A stretch of DNA of 64,000 nt, taken from positions 70,680 through 134,679 of the forward strand of contig CALCZC010000028.1 in NCBI GenBank assembly GCA_937903605.1, read 5' to 3'. Source of the stretch: an uncultured bacterium (lineage in GTDB: Bacteria; Patescibacteriota; Patescibacteriia; Magasanikbacterales; GWA2-37-8). Below, in pieces: positions 36,690 through 46,273 of this stretch; within the stretch, counting starts at the first letter, position 1; the number at the start of each line of letters is the position of its first letter. The notes beneath the pieces are model-generated. The model searched no databases and was not told the origin of the DNA. It saw only the letters and a program-made list of their open reading frames with translations. Made by a program: the position numbers and the translations under genes.

Positions 36690-37217
36690 TTATATTACCG
36701 CTTTAGCTCTAGAGAGAGCCCGAAAAACTCGGACACGAGCGGTGATAGGGGATAGATTTAATATTTGTGCGACTTCTTTGAATGAAAATTCGGAAATATA
36801 ACGTAGTCTCAAAATTTCTTTATCATCTTGTGGAAGTTTTTCCAAAATTTCATCTACAAATATTTTGTCATTTAGATTTTCTCTGGCGATAAGATGATCA
36901 GGCACTTTTTCTGTTTCATCATTTTCTTCCAAAACCACAGTTTTGTTATTTTTGCGCCAATGCTGTCGGCATTCGTTGCGGGCGATAGCAAAAAGCCAAG
37001 CGCTAAATTTGACCCCTTTGGGTTCAAATTTGTGAAGCGATGTTATGGCTTTGAGCCAGGTTTCCTGCAGGATGTCATCGGCCAAAGCATTATCACGCAA
37101 TGTGTTTACCAGATAGCCGTAAAGTTTTGGGGTGATATCGTCCCAAAGCAAGGATACGGCGTTTTTACTGCCGGCTTTGGCGTTTTCCACCAAAGACAGC
37201 TCTTCTTTTAGGGTCAT
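36690..37217 (-). CDS. ECF RNA polymerase sigma factor
   Basis: Region 2 ADDILQETWLKA/FSAWLF.IARN; region 4 LRY....SFKEVA.IL....T.RVR.FRA. Confidence 0.94.
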   Translation of the reverse strand: MTLKEELSLVENAKAGSKNAVSLLWDDITPKLYGYLVNTLRDNALADDILQETWLKAITSLHKFEPKGVKFSAWLFAIARNECRQHWRKNNKTVVLEENDETEKVPDHLIARENLNDKIFVDEILEKLPQDDKEILRLRYISEFSFKEVAQILNLSPITARVRVFRALSRAKAVI

Positions 37218-37258
37218 AGATTGGTAGGGGTTAAATTTGTATTTTACTACAAAAGTAT

Positions 37259-37285
37259 AATACAGTAGGGTAGGTGAATGTTACA
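37259..37285 (-). promoter_or_regulatory. Candidate autoregulatory ECF promoter
   Basis: Minus strand TGTAAC-16 bp-GTATT about 40 bp upstream of the ECF start, matching the usual ECF -35 AAC / -10 (C)GT pattern. Confidence 0.45.
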
Positions 37286-37354
37286 AGTTACGATCCTTGT
37301 TTTAATCTTGACATTTTTTATATTTATGGTATAATAGCCCTCGACAATTTATTT

Positions 37355-37426
37355 GGCCTCATCGTCTAATGGTTAGGACACCACGCTTTCAATGTGGTAA
37401 TAGGGGTTCGATTCCCCTTGGGGCTA
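37355..37426 (+). tRNA. tRNA-Glu(TTC)
   Basis: Acceptor GGCCTCA/TGGGGCT, anticodon arm CCACG-CTTTCAA-TGTGG, T arm AGGGG-TTCGATT-CCCCT; promoter TTGACA..TATAAT at 37308-37335. Confidence 0.95.
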
Positions 37427-37482
37427 CATAATAACAAAAGACCCCTGTTCATCAGGGGTCTTTTGTTATTATTATAGTTTTT

Positions 37483-37788
37483 CAAGGGGAATCGAACAAG
37501 GAAAGGGAGAAAACGTGAGTTTTCTCTTGCTGAGGAAAGGTTGTTGGAAAACCCGAAGGTTTTCCAAATAGGAGGCCGAAGGACGACGACGTGAGTATTC
37601 CCCTTGGGCTACATAAAATAAAATACTCCGACTTGCTCGGGGTATTTTATTTTATCTAGTCGTAAAGCGAGAATCGAAGGGTGCGAGCGAGCAAGGAGTG
37701 ATAGCGACGTAGCGAGGCGACGAAAATATGCCGGTGGCATATTTTCGGGCACCCCGGACGCGATTCCCCTTGGGGTTACATAAAATAA
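37483..37788. repeat. Two tRNA-Glu-derived modules (inverted T-arm copy, hairpin spacer, direct 3'-end copy)
   Basis: Inverted CAAGGGGAATCGAAC at 37483-37497; direct copies ATTCCCCTTGGGCTACATAA at 37597 and CGATTCCCCTTGGGGTTACATAA at 37761. Confidence 0.8.
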
Positions 37789-37898
37789 CACACTCATTAT
37801 AAGCTGGATTTTTTGTATTGTCTTCAAATAGCCAAAAGAGTATAATATCCATATAAGCCAAATGGCTAAATTAAAGGCCTTTTTTGTCGACTTAAGAT

Positions 37899-39833
37899 AT
37901 GAAAGTCAAAAAGTTTAAAAAACCCATAGATAAAAATAAAGAACAGGAGAATGTCCAAGAATTGCTTTTTAAAAAAATGCCTATAGGGTGTATTTTGTGG
38001 GATGAAAAATTTAGAGCCAAATTATGGAATCCGGCGGCCGAGAAAATTTTTGGTTATTCTGCCAAAGAAGCCTTGGGTAAACACCCTTATGATATTATAG
38101 TTCCCAAATCCGCCCAAAAACAGGTAACTACAATTTGGCGCCGTCTTTTGCGGGGCGACACTTCTGCCAATTTGATTAATGAAAATAACACCAAAAAAGG
38201 AAATAAGATTATTTGCAGTTGGACCAATACACCAATAAAAAAAGAAAAAAATAACGTGATCGGTGTTTTGTCAATGGTAAAAAACATAAGTGAAGAACAA
38301 AAAAATAAAAACGCTTTAATTGAATCAGAAAGACGTCTTGCTGAAGTGATTGATTTTTTACCGGATGCCACTTTTGTTTTAAATAAAGAAGGCAAAGTTA
38401 TTGCTTGGAATAGAGCAGTTGAAAAAATGACCAAAACCAAAGCAAAAAAAGTTTTGGGTAAAGGAGATTATACTCATGCGATGCCTTTTTATGGCAGGCG
38501 TAGACCGGTTTTGGCCGATCTTATTTTGCAACCGGAACTTTTGCAGAAAATTATTCAAAATAAAAAATATCCTTTTATTAAAAAAGAAAAAGATACTTTG
38601 GTTACAGAAATTTTGTTAAAAAATGTTGGTGGTAAAGATATTTTTGTCTGGGCAAAAGCCGCCCCTCTTTATAACGCAGCTGGTAAAGTTTCCGGTGTTG
38701 TAGAATCTGTACGTGACATTACGGATAAGAAAAAATTGGAAAAAGAATTGCACGAGCGAGCCAACAGATTAGAAGAGTTGACTGCCAAAGACGAGGCAAT
38801 CCTTTGGTCATTGGGAGAAAGCTTGCGAGTATTTGACATTACGGGAAAAATTTTGAAAGTTAATCGAGCCTTTGAGAAATTGACCGGTTGGACCATGGAG
38901 GAAGTTTTGGGTAAAAAAGTTGAAGAAATTTTACCCCAAGAAGACGAGAGAGGTAAAAAGATTTCTTTGGGTGCACGCAATGTTTTTAAGGTTTTATCCG
39001 GTAAAGTCGGACAAATAGAAATTTCCGGTTTTTATATTCGTAAGGATAAGACAAAATTTCCAATGAGCGGGGTGATTACTCCGGTTTATTTGAAAAATGA
39101 AATTATTGGTGCGATTGAGGTTTTTCGTGATATTACCAAAGAAAAGGAGCTTGATAAAGCCAAAAGCGAATTTGTCTCATTAGCCTCGCACCAGTTACGT
39201 ACCCCACTGTCAATTATCAAATGGACTTTAAATTCTCTGGATAAACAAGATGAATTTTTTCAAAAAAATCAAGAAAAAATAAAAGACGTATATGAATCAA
39301 ACGAGCATTTGATTGCGCTGGTAAACAACCTTTTAAATATTACTAGGATAGAATCAGGAAAAATAATCGTTAATAAAAAGAAAGTCGGTTTATTAAATTT
39401 GGTAAAAGAGGCTTGTAAAAATTGTCAAAAACAAGCGCAAAATAGAAAACAAAAATTAAAATTTATTTTTGAAGGTAAAATAGACCATGTTTTTGTTGAT
39501 CCGATTCTTTTTTCCGAAGCTTTCTGTAATGTTTTGGGTAATGCTTTCAATTACGGTTTGGATAAATCAACGGTTACGGTTAAAGTAAAAAGAATTAACG
39601 GAGATTATCTGATTTCTGTTCATAATTTCGGTCCTGTTATTGGAGAGCAAGAAAAAAAGAAAATTTTTACCAAATTTTATCGCGGTCCAGCTTCTCCTGC
39701 TAGAAATTTTTCCGGGAGTGGTTTAGGTTTATTCTTTACCAAAGCCACGGTAGAAGCTAATGGTGGTAAAATCTGGTTTGAATCTATAAAAAACAAAGGT
39801 ACGACTTTTTATTTTACTGTGCCCATAAAATAA
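37899..39833 (+). CDS. Cytoplasmic multi-PAS sensor histidine kinase
   Basis: Three PAS repeats (WNPAAEKIFGYS, WNRAVEKM, VNRAFEKLTGW), H-box SHQLRTPL, N box, GSGLGL. Confidence 0.95.
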   Translation: MKVKKFKKPIDKNKEQENVQELLFKKMPIGCILWDEKFRAKLWNPAAEKIFGYSAKEALGKHPYDIIVPKSAQKQVTTIWRRLLRGDTSANLINENNTKKGNKIICSWTNTPIKKEKNNVIGVLSMVKNISEEQKNKNALIESERRLAEVIDFLPDATFVLNKEGKVIAWNRAVEKMTKTKAKKVLGKGDYTHAMPFYGRRRPVLADLILQPELLQKIIQNKKYPFIKKEKDTLVTEILLKNVGGKDIFVWAKAAPLYNAAGKVSGVVESVRDITDKKKLEKELHERANRLEELTAKDEAILWSLGESLRVFDITGKILKVNRAFEKLTGWTMEEVLGKKVEEILPQEDERGKKISLGARNVFKVLSGKVGQIEISGFYIRKDKTKFPMSGVITPVYLKNEIIGAIEVFRDITKEKELDKAKSEFVSLASHQLRTPLSIIKWTLNSLDKQDEFFQKNQEKIKDVYESNEHLIALVNNLLNITRIESGKIIVNKKKVGLLNLVKEACKNCQKQAQNRKQKLKFIFEGKIDHVFVDPILFSEAFCNVLGNAFNYGLDKSTVTVKVKRINGDYLISVHNFGPVIGEQEKKKIFTKFYRGPASPARNFSGSGLGLFFTKATVEANGGKIWFESIKNKGTTFYFTVPIK

Positions 39834-39868
39834 TTAAAAAATAAATAAAAATTTAATTTTTTTAAAAT

Positions 39869-40252
39869 ATGAAAAAAATTCTAATTGTGGAAGACGAAGA
39901 AATAATGCTCAAAGCCTTGGTGGAAAAATTTTCCTCAGAAGGTTTTGAAGTGGTAAAAGCTATAGATGGTGAAGAGGGTTTAAAAAAAGCTTTGCATGAA
40001 AAACCAGATATCATATTGCTTGATATTTTGTTACCAAAAATGGACGGAATGGCGGTGTTGAAGAAACTTCGTGAAGATGCTTGGGGTAAATATGCCAAAG
40101 TAATTTTACTGACCAATGTTAGTGATGCGGAAACCGTAGCCACGGGCGCGGAGTTTGGCACTGGTGAGGGTGAAGTTTATGAGTATTTGGTTAAAACCGA
40201 CTGGACTTTGGATGAGGTTGTACAAAAAGTAAAAAATAGATTGAAAAGTTGA
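39869..40252 (+). CDS. Single-domain response regulator
   Basis: ILIVEDE, PDIILLDILLPKMDG, ILLTN, YLVK. Confidence 0.95.
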   Translation: MKKILIVEDEEIMLKALVEKFSSEGFEVVKAIDGEEGLKKALHEKPDIILLDILLPKMDGMAVLKKLREDAWGKYAKVILLTNVSDAETVATGAEFGTGEGEVYEYLVKTDWTLDEVVQKVKNRLKS

Positions 40253-40259
40253 TTAGCAT

Positions 40260-42002
40260 ATGGCATTTTTTGCAAATCACAAAACAATTAAAAAACAAAA
40301 TTCCGATACTTATCGGCAATTTTTTGAAGATAATGATTTGGTGATTTCTACAGATGCTAATTTTTTTTGGGGTGGTGAGTATGGGGTGATGGACGGCGGG
40401 CCGGCGATTGTAAATCTTTTTCCGCGTAAAATTTTTTTAGGCATATCAAAAATTTCACAAAAAAAAGTGAAAGCTGATTATTATCAATATTATCAAAATG
40501 ATAAAAATAGGTTTAATGAATGTTCCGGCGATTTGTTTTTTGGTATATATGGCAAAGATAAATTTGATGTTTGGTACAAATATCTACTTTCTCAAGGGTT
40601 TGATTCCGGCTTAAAAATAAATATTTTAACCGAAGTCCCCTTAGATGTTTCTGCTGGCACTCAAGGAAATGTCGCTTATTTATTTGCTTTAGCCGGCTTT
40701 TTATTGCTTGAAAAAATAGAAAAGAGAGATATGGAAGAATGGAAAAATAAAAGTTTGGAATGGCGCTTGAAAGACGAAAATTTTTTGGAAGTTCTTTATT
40801 TTGCTTGGAGTCTGGAAGCTTTGTTTAATGGTTATAATGTTTCCGGGGTTCACAGCTTTACGGCATCACTTTTTGAAAAAGAGCCGGTAGTTTTTTTGAA
40901 AGATGGAAATGTACAACAAGACCTAAATAAATATTTAGAAAATAGTCGCATAAAATTTTCGGCTTTAAAATTAGATAGATTGGAAAGCGGATTAAATTTT
41001 GATACAGCCGTTATTTTTTCCGGAAAAACCAAAAAGACCGGACAAAATGTTTTGAAAAGTTTGCAAAATTTATACGAAAGAGAGGACTTTAAAAAAGAAA
41101 AATTGGTTTTTTTGAAAGAAAATGAATTTTTGGCGAAATCCGCAGAATATAATGAATTAAAAAGTAGTTATTTTGGTACAGCCAAAGCATTGTCTTGGGA
41201 AATAGTAGCTTCATTAAAAGATGTTTTGGAAAAAAACAAGAAAGCGGAAGAATATTTTTTTAATAGTATAAATAACTATCAAAATATCTTTTCTTTACTG
41301 GGTATTTTGGGAGAAGGGGATGTGTTAAATTATATTTACGAACAGTTGCGTGCTTTAAAAATAAATTTTAAACCCATAGGTTCAGGCGGTGGCGGGTCTT
41401 TACTTTTGGTTGATAAATATGGAGAGTTAGAAATAAAATTAGCAAGATTAGAAAAAAAAGTAAAAGAACAAGAGTTGGATTTGGAAATTTATTTTTTTTC
41501 CAATACAGATGGTTGGGAAATAGACGGACCAACGGTAGAACAGTTTTTATCAGTCGGCTCCAGAGCGGATCATATCAAAGGTAGAATTTTCAAAGGTTTT
41601 GTTTATGATTGTGCACAAAGTAAAAAAGAAGAAATAATTGCTACTGATTTTGAAAAAATTATCAAAGAAAACGAATTTGTTTTAGATCTGGATAATAAGA
41701 AAATATTTATCAAAGGCAAAAAAATAACTTCCAAAGATTTACATAGTGCCAAAGTAGCAGTAGAAATTTTAGAGAAATTGATTTTGGATGATTTTCATAT
41801 GATTACGGCGGAAAAAATAGAAACTTCTTCTTACCGGGATCGTTATGAAATACAGAGTAAGATTATTTCCCCGCTTATCAAATTGGTAAAAGAAAAGCTC
41901 GGCAAAAAAATGCCTTTGGAAATAAAAGGGGAGTTAAGTAGGTTTAATTTGAAATTGAGTAAAGCGAATTTGAAGATAGTTTTAGGGAAAGAGGTTTTAT
42001 AA
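40260..42002 (+). CDS. Divergent GHMP-kinase-fold protein with probable C-terminal winged-helix domain
   Basis: FFWGGEYGV..GGPAI (GHMP motif I) and FKPIGSGGGGSLL (motif III); motif II degenerate; tail LDLDNKKIFIKGKKI resembles OmpR-type wHTH. Confidence 0.55.
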   Translation: MAFFANHKTIKKQNSDTYRQFFEDNDLVISTDANFFWGGEYGVMDGGPAIVNLFPRKIFLGISKISQKKVKADYYQYYQNDKNRFNECSGDLFFGIYGKDKFDVWYKYLLSQGFDSGLKINILTEVPLDVSAGTQGNVAYLFALAGFLLLEKIEKRDMEEWKNKSLEWRLKDENFLEVLYFAWSLEALFNGYNVSGVHSFTASLFEKEPVVFLKDGNVQQDLNKYLENSRIKFSALKLDRLESGLNFDTAVIFSGKTKKTGQNVLKSLQNLYEREDFKKEKLVFLKENEFLAKSAEYNELKSSYFGTAKALSWEIVASLKDVLEKNKKAEEYFFNSINNYQNIFSLLGILGEGDVLNYIYEQLRALKINFKPIGSGGGGSLLLVDKYGELEIKLARLEKKVKEQELDLEIYFFSNTDGWEIDGPTVEQFLSVGSRADHIKGRIFKGFVYDCAQSKKEEIIATDFEKIIKENEFVLDLDNKKIFIKGKKITSKDLHSAKVAVEILEKLILDDFHMITAEKIETSSYRDRYEIQSKIISPLIKLVKEKLGKKMPLEIKGELSRFNLKLSKANLKIVLGKEVL

Positions 42003-42027
42003 AAATAAAAAAGCCGGCATTTGCCGG

Positions 42028-42669
42028 CTAACGGTCGTTTCCATTGTCTCCTTCTGGTTCTGGCCAGCCATCACCATCTTTTTTTAGAAAATTACTGGTT
42101 TTTATGAGCCATGCGGCTCCTATCAAAAAAATGTCTAATAAACTAACTACATACCCTGTGCATAAATATATAACTAAGGTAATAATGGTAAAAATTGCCA
42201 GATAAATAATAAATTCCCACTCACGACTGCTGAGTGTGTTTTTTTGAGCCCTTATTTTTTCAAATAAAGTATTACTTTCTTGGTAATTAGTCATTTGATT
42301 TTTTTTCCAAGCTACCATGCTTTTTGGCCCCCATTTCCCATCAACAGTAAGCTTTGAATCAATCTTCTGTTTAAGATTGGTTTGAATCACTTTTATTTTG
42401 GGAATAAATTTCTCCCAAGCTTTTTGAGTTTTTAGCCCCCATTTACCATCAATCTTGAGACTAGGTGCAACCTCTTTTTTCAAGAGATATTGAAATTCTT
42501 TGACTTGTTCCCTTGTCATCTTTTTTTCGATTGGAGTAGGATTATAATTTTTTGCTTTCAAAAATACTCCTTCCTTTTCACGAATTATTTCTTTATGATG
42601 TTTAAAATGACCGCCCCAGCAAGAGAAAAAAAATCCAAAAAAAATAAAAAAAACGATTACCCTTTTCAT
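42028..42669 (-). CDS. Exported protein with two peptidoglycan-binding-like repeats and C-terminal TM
   Basis: Q..L......L.IDGKWG.KT and L.VDGKWGPKS repeats; signal/lipobox-like N-terminus (FFSC). Confidence 0.7.
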   Translation of the reverse strand: MKRVIVFFIFFGFFFSCWGGHFKHHKEIIREKEGVFLKAKNYNPTPIEKKMTREQVKEFQYLLKKEVAPSLKIDGKWGLKTQKAWEKFIPKIKVIQTNLKQKIDSKLTVDGKWGPKSMVAWKKNQMTNYQESNTLFEKIRAQKNTLSSREWEFIIYLAIFTIITLVIYLCTGYVVSLLDIFLIGAAWLIKTSNFLKKDGDGWPEPEGDNGNDR

Positions 42670-42692
42670 GGCACACCCCCTTATTTTGGTTG

Positions 42693-42884
42693 TTAAAGAA
42701 CATTATTTATTGAAGGAACCAATGATTTTGACTGGTAAATAGATTTTTGACAATTTGGACAATAAATTTTAGGAATTAAACAGTAATTATCTTTACATAA
42801 AAAACAGGTGTCTTCACCGCAAATAGGGCAACTTCTGTTTCCCAAGGAAATAACGCTTTGAATTGTTTCTTCATTATTGTCCAT
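42693..42884 (-). CDS. Small Cys-rich (zinc-ribbon-like) hypothetical protein
   Basis: CPIC, CFLC, CPNC motifs in about 63 aa; co-oriented with neighbours. Confidence 0.5.
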   Translation of the reverse strand: MDNNEETIQSVISLGNRSCPICGEDTCFLCKDNYCLIPKIYCPNCQKSIYQSKSLVPSINNVL

Positions 42885-42999
42885 ATAATAAAGCATTTCA
42901 TTGATAAATATAAAATACTTTATCTATCCCCTGACAACAAAGGACAAAAATAAAACCCCGCCCTTAGGTAAGGGCGGGGTTATCTTTAAGCTCTATAAA

Positions 43000-43281
43000 T
43001 TATGAAGCTTTTAAAGCGTCTTTGAGAGCTTTGCCAGCTTTGAATTTTGGAACCTTAACAGCCGGAATTTGAATTTTTTCGGTCGGGTTTTGTGGGTTTA
43101 CCCCAGTGCGTCCGGCACGAACTTTGACGGAAAAAGCGCCAAAACCGGTCAAAACCACTTCTTCACCTTTTTTCATAGTGTCGATGATGGTGTCAACGGT
43201 TGTGTTAACAAATTCCTCAGCCTCCTTTTTGGAAATGTTTAATTTTTCCGATAGAACTTGAGCTAATTCTGCTTTGTTCAT
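43000..43281 (-). CDS. hup: DNA-binding protein HU
   Basis: MNKAEL, LTGFGAF, RTGVNPQ, PKFKAGKALKD; terminator 42953-42982. Confidence 0.96.
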   Translation of the reverse strand: MNKAELAQVLSEKLNISKKEAEEFVNTTVDTIIDTMKKGEEVVLTGFGAFSVKVRAGRTGVNPQNPTEKIQIPAVKVPKFKAGKALKDALKAS

Positions 43282-43584
43282 AGTAGAATAAATTAAATTA
43301 AATACTTAAATTTCTATTATTAGAATATCATAGATTAAAGATTTTGGCTATAGATAGGCAAAATTGTTATCCACAGGGTGGTAGAAGCTAAAGCTTCACC
43401 ACCCTGCAGGCAGGATGTATAGTTAAAAGTTATAAAGTTACCCGCCAGAGGCAGATTCATCTTTGGTGAAAAAGTTTTTAAAGTTCTTTATATCGTATTA
43501 AAAAACTTCCCAGTAGGAAGTTTTTTAATTTAAAATTAATTTTTAAGACCTATAACTTTTTATTTTCAACTTTATACTTTTCAC

Positions 43585-45114
43585 TTATTTAGCGTATTCC
43601 ACAACTCGAGTTTCGCGAATTATGGTAACACGGATTTCACCGGGATATTGTAATTCTTGCTCAATACGACGGCAAACATCTTTGGCCAATTGATAAGCGG
43701 CATAATCATCAATTTCGCTAGGTTTGACAAAAATCCTGACTTCTCTACCAGCCTGAATAGCGTAAACTTTTTCAATACCCATGAAACTGCTGGCAACTTT
43801 TTCCAATTCTTCCAAACGAGCGACAAACTGTTCGTAACTGTCTTTGCGAGCTCCGACTCGAGAAGAAGAAATAGCGTCCGCCGCTTTCGCAATAGACGAA
43901 TATACATTATATGGTTTATCCATATGATGGGTGAGAGCAGCTTGAGCAATTTCTTCGTCAATATTGAATTTTTTAAGCAGTGCATAACCGATTTCTGGAT
44001 GAGAACCTTGAGTTTCTTGATCAACTGCTTTACCGATATCATGGAAGAAACCGCATTTTTTAGCTTTTGCTTCGTCCAATTTTAATTCTCCGGCAATGAT
44101 GGACGATAGATAGGCCACCTCAATGGAGTGATTAAGAATATTTTGACCGTAAGAAGTACGATATTTCAAACGTCCAACAATACTGACCATTTTTGGGTCA
44201 AGTCCGGTAATACCGAGTTTATATAGCGCTTCCTCACCGGCTTTTTTGATATCAATAGCCAAGTCTTGTTTGGCTTTTTCTACAAATTCTTCAATACGTG
44301 CCGGTTGAATACGTCCATCTTCTATCAATTTTTCCAAAGCTAATTTAGCTACTTGACGACGGATGGGGGAGAAACCGGAAACTGTAATAGTTTCCGGAGT
44401 ATCATCAATAATCAGTTCGCAGCCAGTTAATTTTTCGATTGTTTTAATATTGCGACCTTCTTTACCAATAATACGCCCTTTCATTTCTTCGCTTGGCAAG
44501 GTTACGGCAGTTGATGTGGTTTCTGCGGCATGAGAAGAAGCGCAACGTTGAATTGCGGTGGTGATTATTTCTCTGGCTTTATCTTCATAAACTTCACTGG
44601 CTTCTTTTTCTACTTTCATAACTCGACTTATCAAATCTGCTTGAGAGTCAGTTTCTATTTTATGAAAAAGTTGTTCCTTAGCTTGTTCCGGAGTCATACC
44701 GGCAACTTGTTGCAACTTTTGTTCCTGTTGTAGTTTGATTTTTTCAATATCTTCTTTGACTTTGTTTACCAACTCTACTTTTTCTTGAATTTTTTGTTGT
44801 TTATCCTGTAACTCCAAAAGTTTTTGGTCAAACATGCTTTCTCTTTTTTCCAAACGTTGTTGGGTGGCAGAAAGATCTTGACGTATTTGCCTTTCTTCTT
44901 TTTTGGTTTCGTCAATGATTTGGACCGCTTTTTCTTTGGCTTCCAAAATCAAAGTTTGATATTTGCTTTTAGCTTCTTCAAGCATTTTTTCCGCCTTAGC
45001 TTCGGCTGAATTAGCGGCTTTAAGAGCGGTTTTTTTACGCCAATAATAACCGACAAAAACCCCACCTATCAAGCAGACGATTGATCCGCCGATAGTATAG
45101 ATTACGATATTCAT
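43585..45114 (-). CDS. rny: Ribonuclease Y
   Basis: N-terminal TM, coiled coil, KH domain KGRIIGKEGRNI, HD domain HDIGKA, YAIQAGRE. Confidence 0.97.
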   Translation of the reverse strand: MNIVIYTIGGSIVCLIGGVFVGYYWRKKTALKAANSAEAKAEKMLEEAKSKYQTLILEAKEKAVQIIDETKKEERQIRQDLSATQQRLEKRESMFDQKLLELQDKQQKIQEKVELVNKVKEDIEKIKLQQEQKLQQVAGMTPEQAKEQLFHKIETDSQADLISRVMKVEKEASEVYEDKAREIITTAIQRCASSHAAETTSTAVTLPSEEMKGRIIGKEGRNIKTIEKLTGCELIIDDTPETITVSGFSPIRRQVAKLALEKLIEDGRIQPARIEEFVEKAKQDLAIDIKKAGEEALYKLGITGLDPKMVSIVGRLKYRTSYGQNILNHSIEVAYLSSIIAGELKLDEAKAKKCGFFHDIGKAVDQETQGSHPEIGYALLKKFNIDEEIAQAALTHHMDKPYNVYSSIAKAADAISSSRVGARKDSYEQFVARLEELEKVASSFMGIEKVYAIQAGREVRIFVKPSEIDDYAAYQLAKDVCRRIEQELQYPGEIRVTIIRETRVVEYAK

Positions 45115-45125
45115 ATGTTATAAAT

Positions 45126-45360
45126 AAAAAAATCCCAAGATTTTGGGAAGTTAAACATGTTTTAGCTTTATTTTAGCTAAAAAATCACTTATTTTACTTA
45201 TCCTTGGTACTTAAATTACAAAACTGCCAAAAATATTTTTTGGCTCAATACAGCTAAATTTGAAGTTTTGTTATTAAGATTGAAATTTGACATAACCTGT
45301 CGGTTTTCTATTACAAAAGGATAAATTCACAAACAGTGATAAGGCAGTTTAACTTCCGGA
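45126..45360 (-). ncRNA. Candidate 6S RNA-like rod (or structured rny leader)
   Basis: Closing stem 45146-45156/45347-45357, four further nested helices, asymmetric internal bubble, consensus promoter upstream, terminator at 45126-45148, position directly upstream of rny. Confidence 0.55.
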
Positions 45361-45394
45361 ATCAAGATTGTTAATGAATTAATTTTGTATCTCC

Positions 45395-45423
45395 ATTATA
45401 GCAATAATTTGTCTTTTTGTCAA
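45395..45423 (-). promoter_or_regulatory. Consensus sigma-70 promoter
   Basis: Minus strand TTGACA (45418-45423)-17 bp-TATAAT (45395-45400). Confidence 0.8.
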
Positions 45424-45449
45424 ACTGGTTGGTCTTCAGTCTGCGGTCT

Positions 45450-46256
45450 TCAGTTTTTTGTAGCCTGAGGTCTGAGGACCGAAGTCAAACACATTGCATC
45501 TTTTAAGTCGTAGTCGCCAATTTTAGTTCGTTTTAGTTCTTGGCAATAGGCCCTGGTATTCAATTTTTTTCCAATATCTTCCGCCAGAGTACGGATATAT
45601 GTTCCGGGGGAACAGGTGACGGTTATTTTTAAAACAGGATATTGATAACCCAAAATTTGTAAGTCAAATATTTCAATCTTGTTTGCTTTTCTTTTTATCT
45701 TTTTTCCTAAGCGCGCCAGTTTATAAAGTCGTTGCCCGTCTATCTTTTTAGCGGAAAACATTGGGGGAATCTGGTTTTGAGAGCCGATAAATTTTATCAG
45801 AATTTTTTCTATTTCAAGTTTTGAAGGAACATAAGGATGGATACTGGATATTGGATACTGGATATTATTTGAAAATATTTTTAATATCCAATATTTAATA
45901 TCCAATATTATTTTTTTGAGGGAACTTAATTTAAAAGGTGTGATAACCCCTGTTTTATCCCCAGTGTTTGAAACTTCACCCAACTTTATCGTCGCTTCAT
46001 AAGTTTTCGGCAGATTTTTGAAGTTTTCAATTTCTCGTGTAGCTTCGCGTCCGATTGCGACAATGAGCAATCCGGTGGCAAAAGGATCCAGCGTCCCGGC
46101 ATGTCCCACACGCGGTTTTTTAACTTCCGGATTTTGTTGGCGAAATATTTTTCGGATATATCCAACCACATCAAAACTGGTCCAGCCTTCGGGCTTGTTA
46201 ATTAGTAAAAAAGTATTTGATTCAAGTTTGAAATTGTTTTTAGTAATTATATTCAT
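45450..46256 (-). CDS. truB: tRNA pseudouridine(55) synthase TruB
   Basis: INKPEGWTSFDVV, VGHAGTLDPFATGLL, PPMFSAKK..G.RLY.LAR, CSPGTYIRTLA.D. Confidence 0.96.
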   Translation of the reverse strand: MNIITKNNFKLESNTFLLINKPEGWTSFDVVGYIRKIFRQQNPEVKKPRVGHAGTLDPFATGLLIVAIGREATREIENFKNLPKTYEATIKLGEVSNTGDKTGVITPFKLSSLKKIILDIKYWILKIFSNNIQYPISSIHPYVPSKLEIEKILIKFIGSQNQIPPMFSAKKIDGQRLYKLARLGKKIKRKANKIEIFDLQILGYQYPVLKITVTCSPGTYIRTLAEDIGKKLNTRAYCQELKRTKIGDYDLKDAMCLTSVLRPQATKN

Positions 46257-46273
46257 ATTGCTTGTATTGTATC

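Noticed and set aside
37609-37861. Two short minus-strand ORFs after tRNA-Glu
   Set aside because: They read through the tRNA-derived repeats and terminators, which explain the sequence better.
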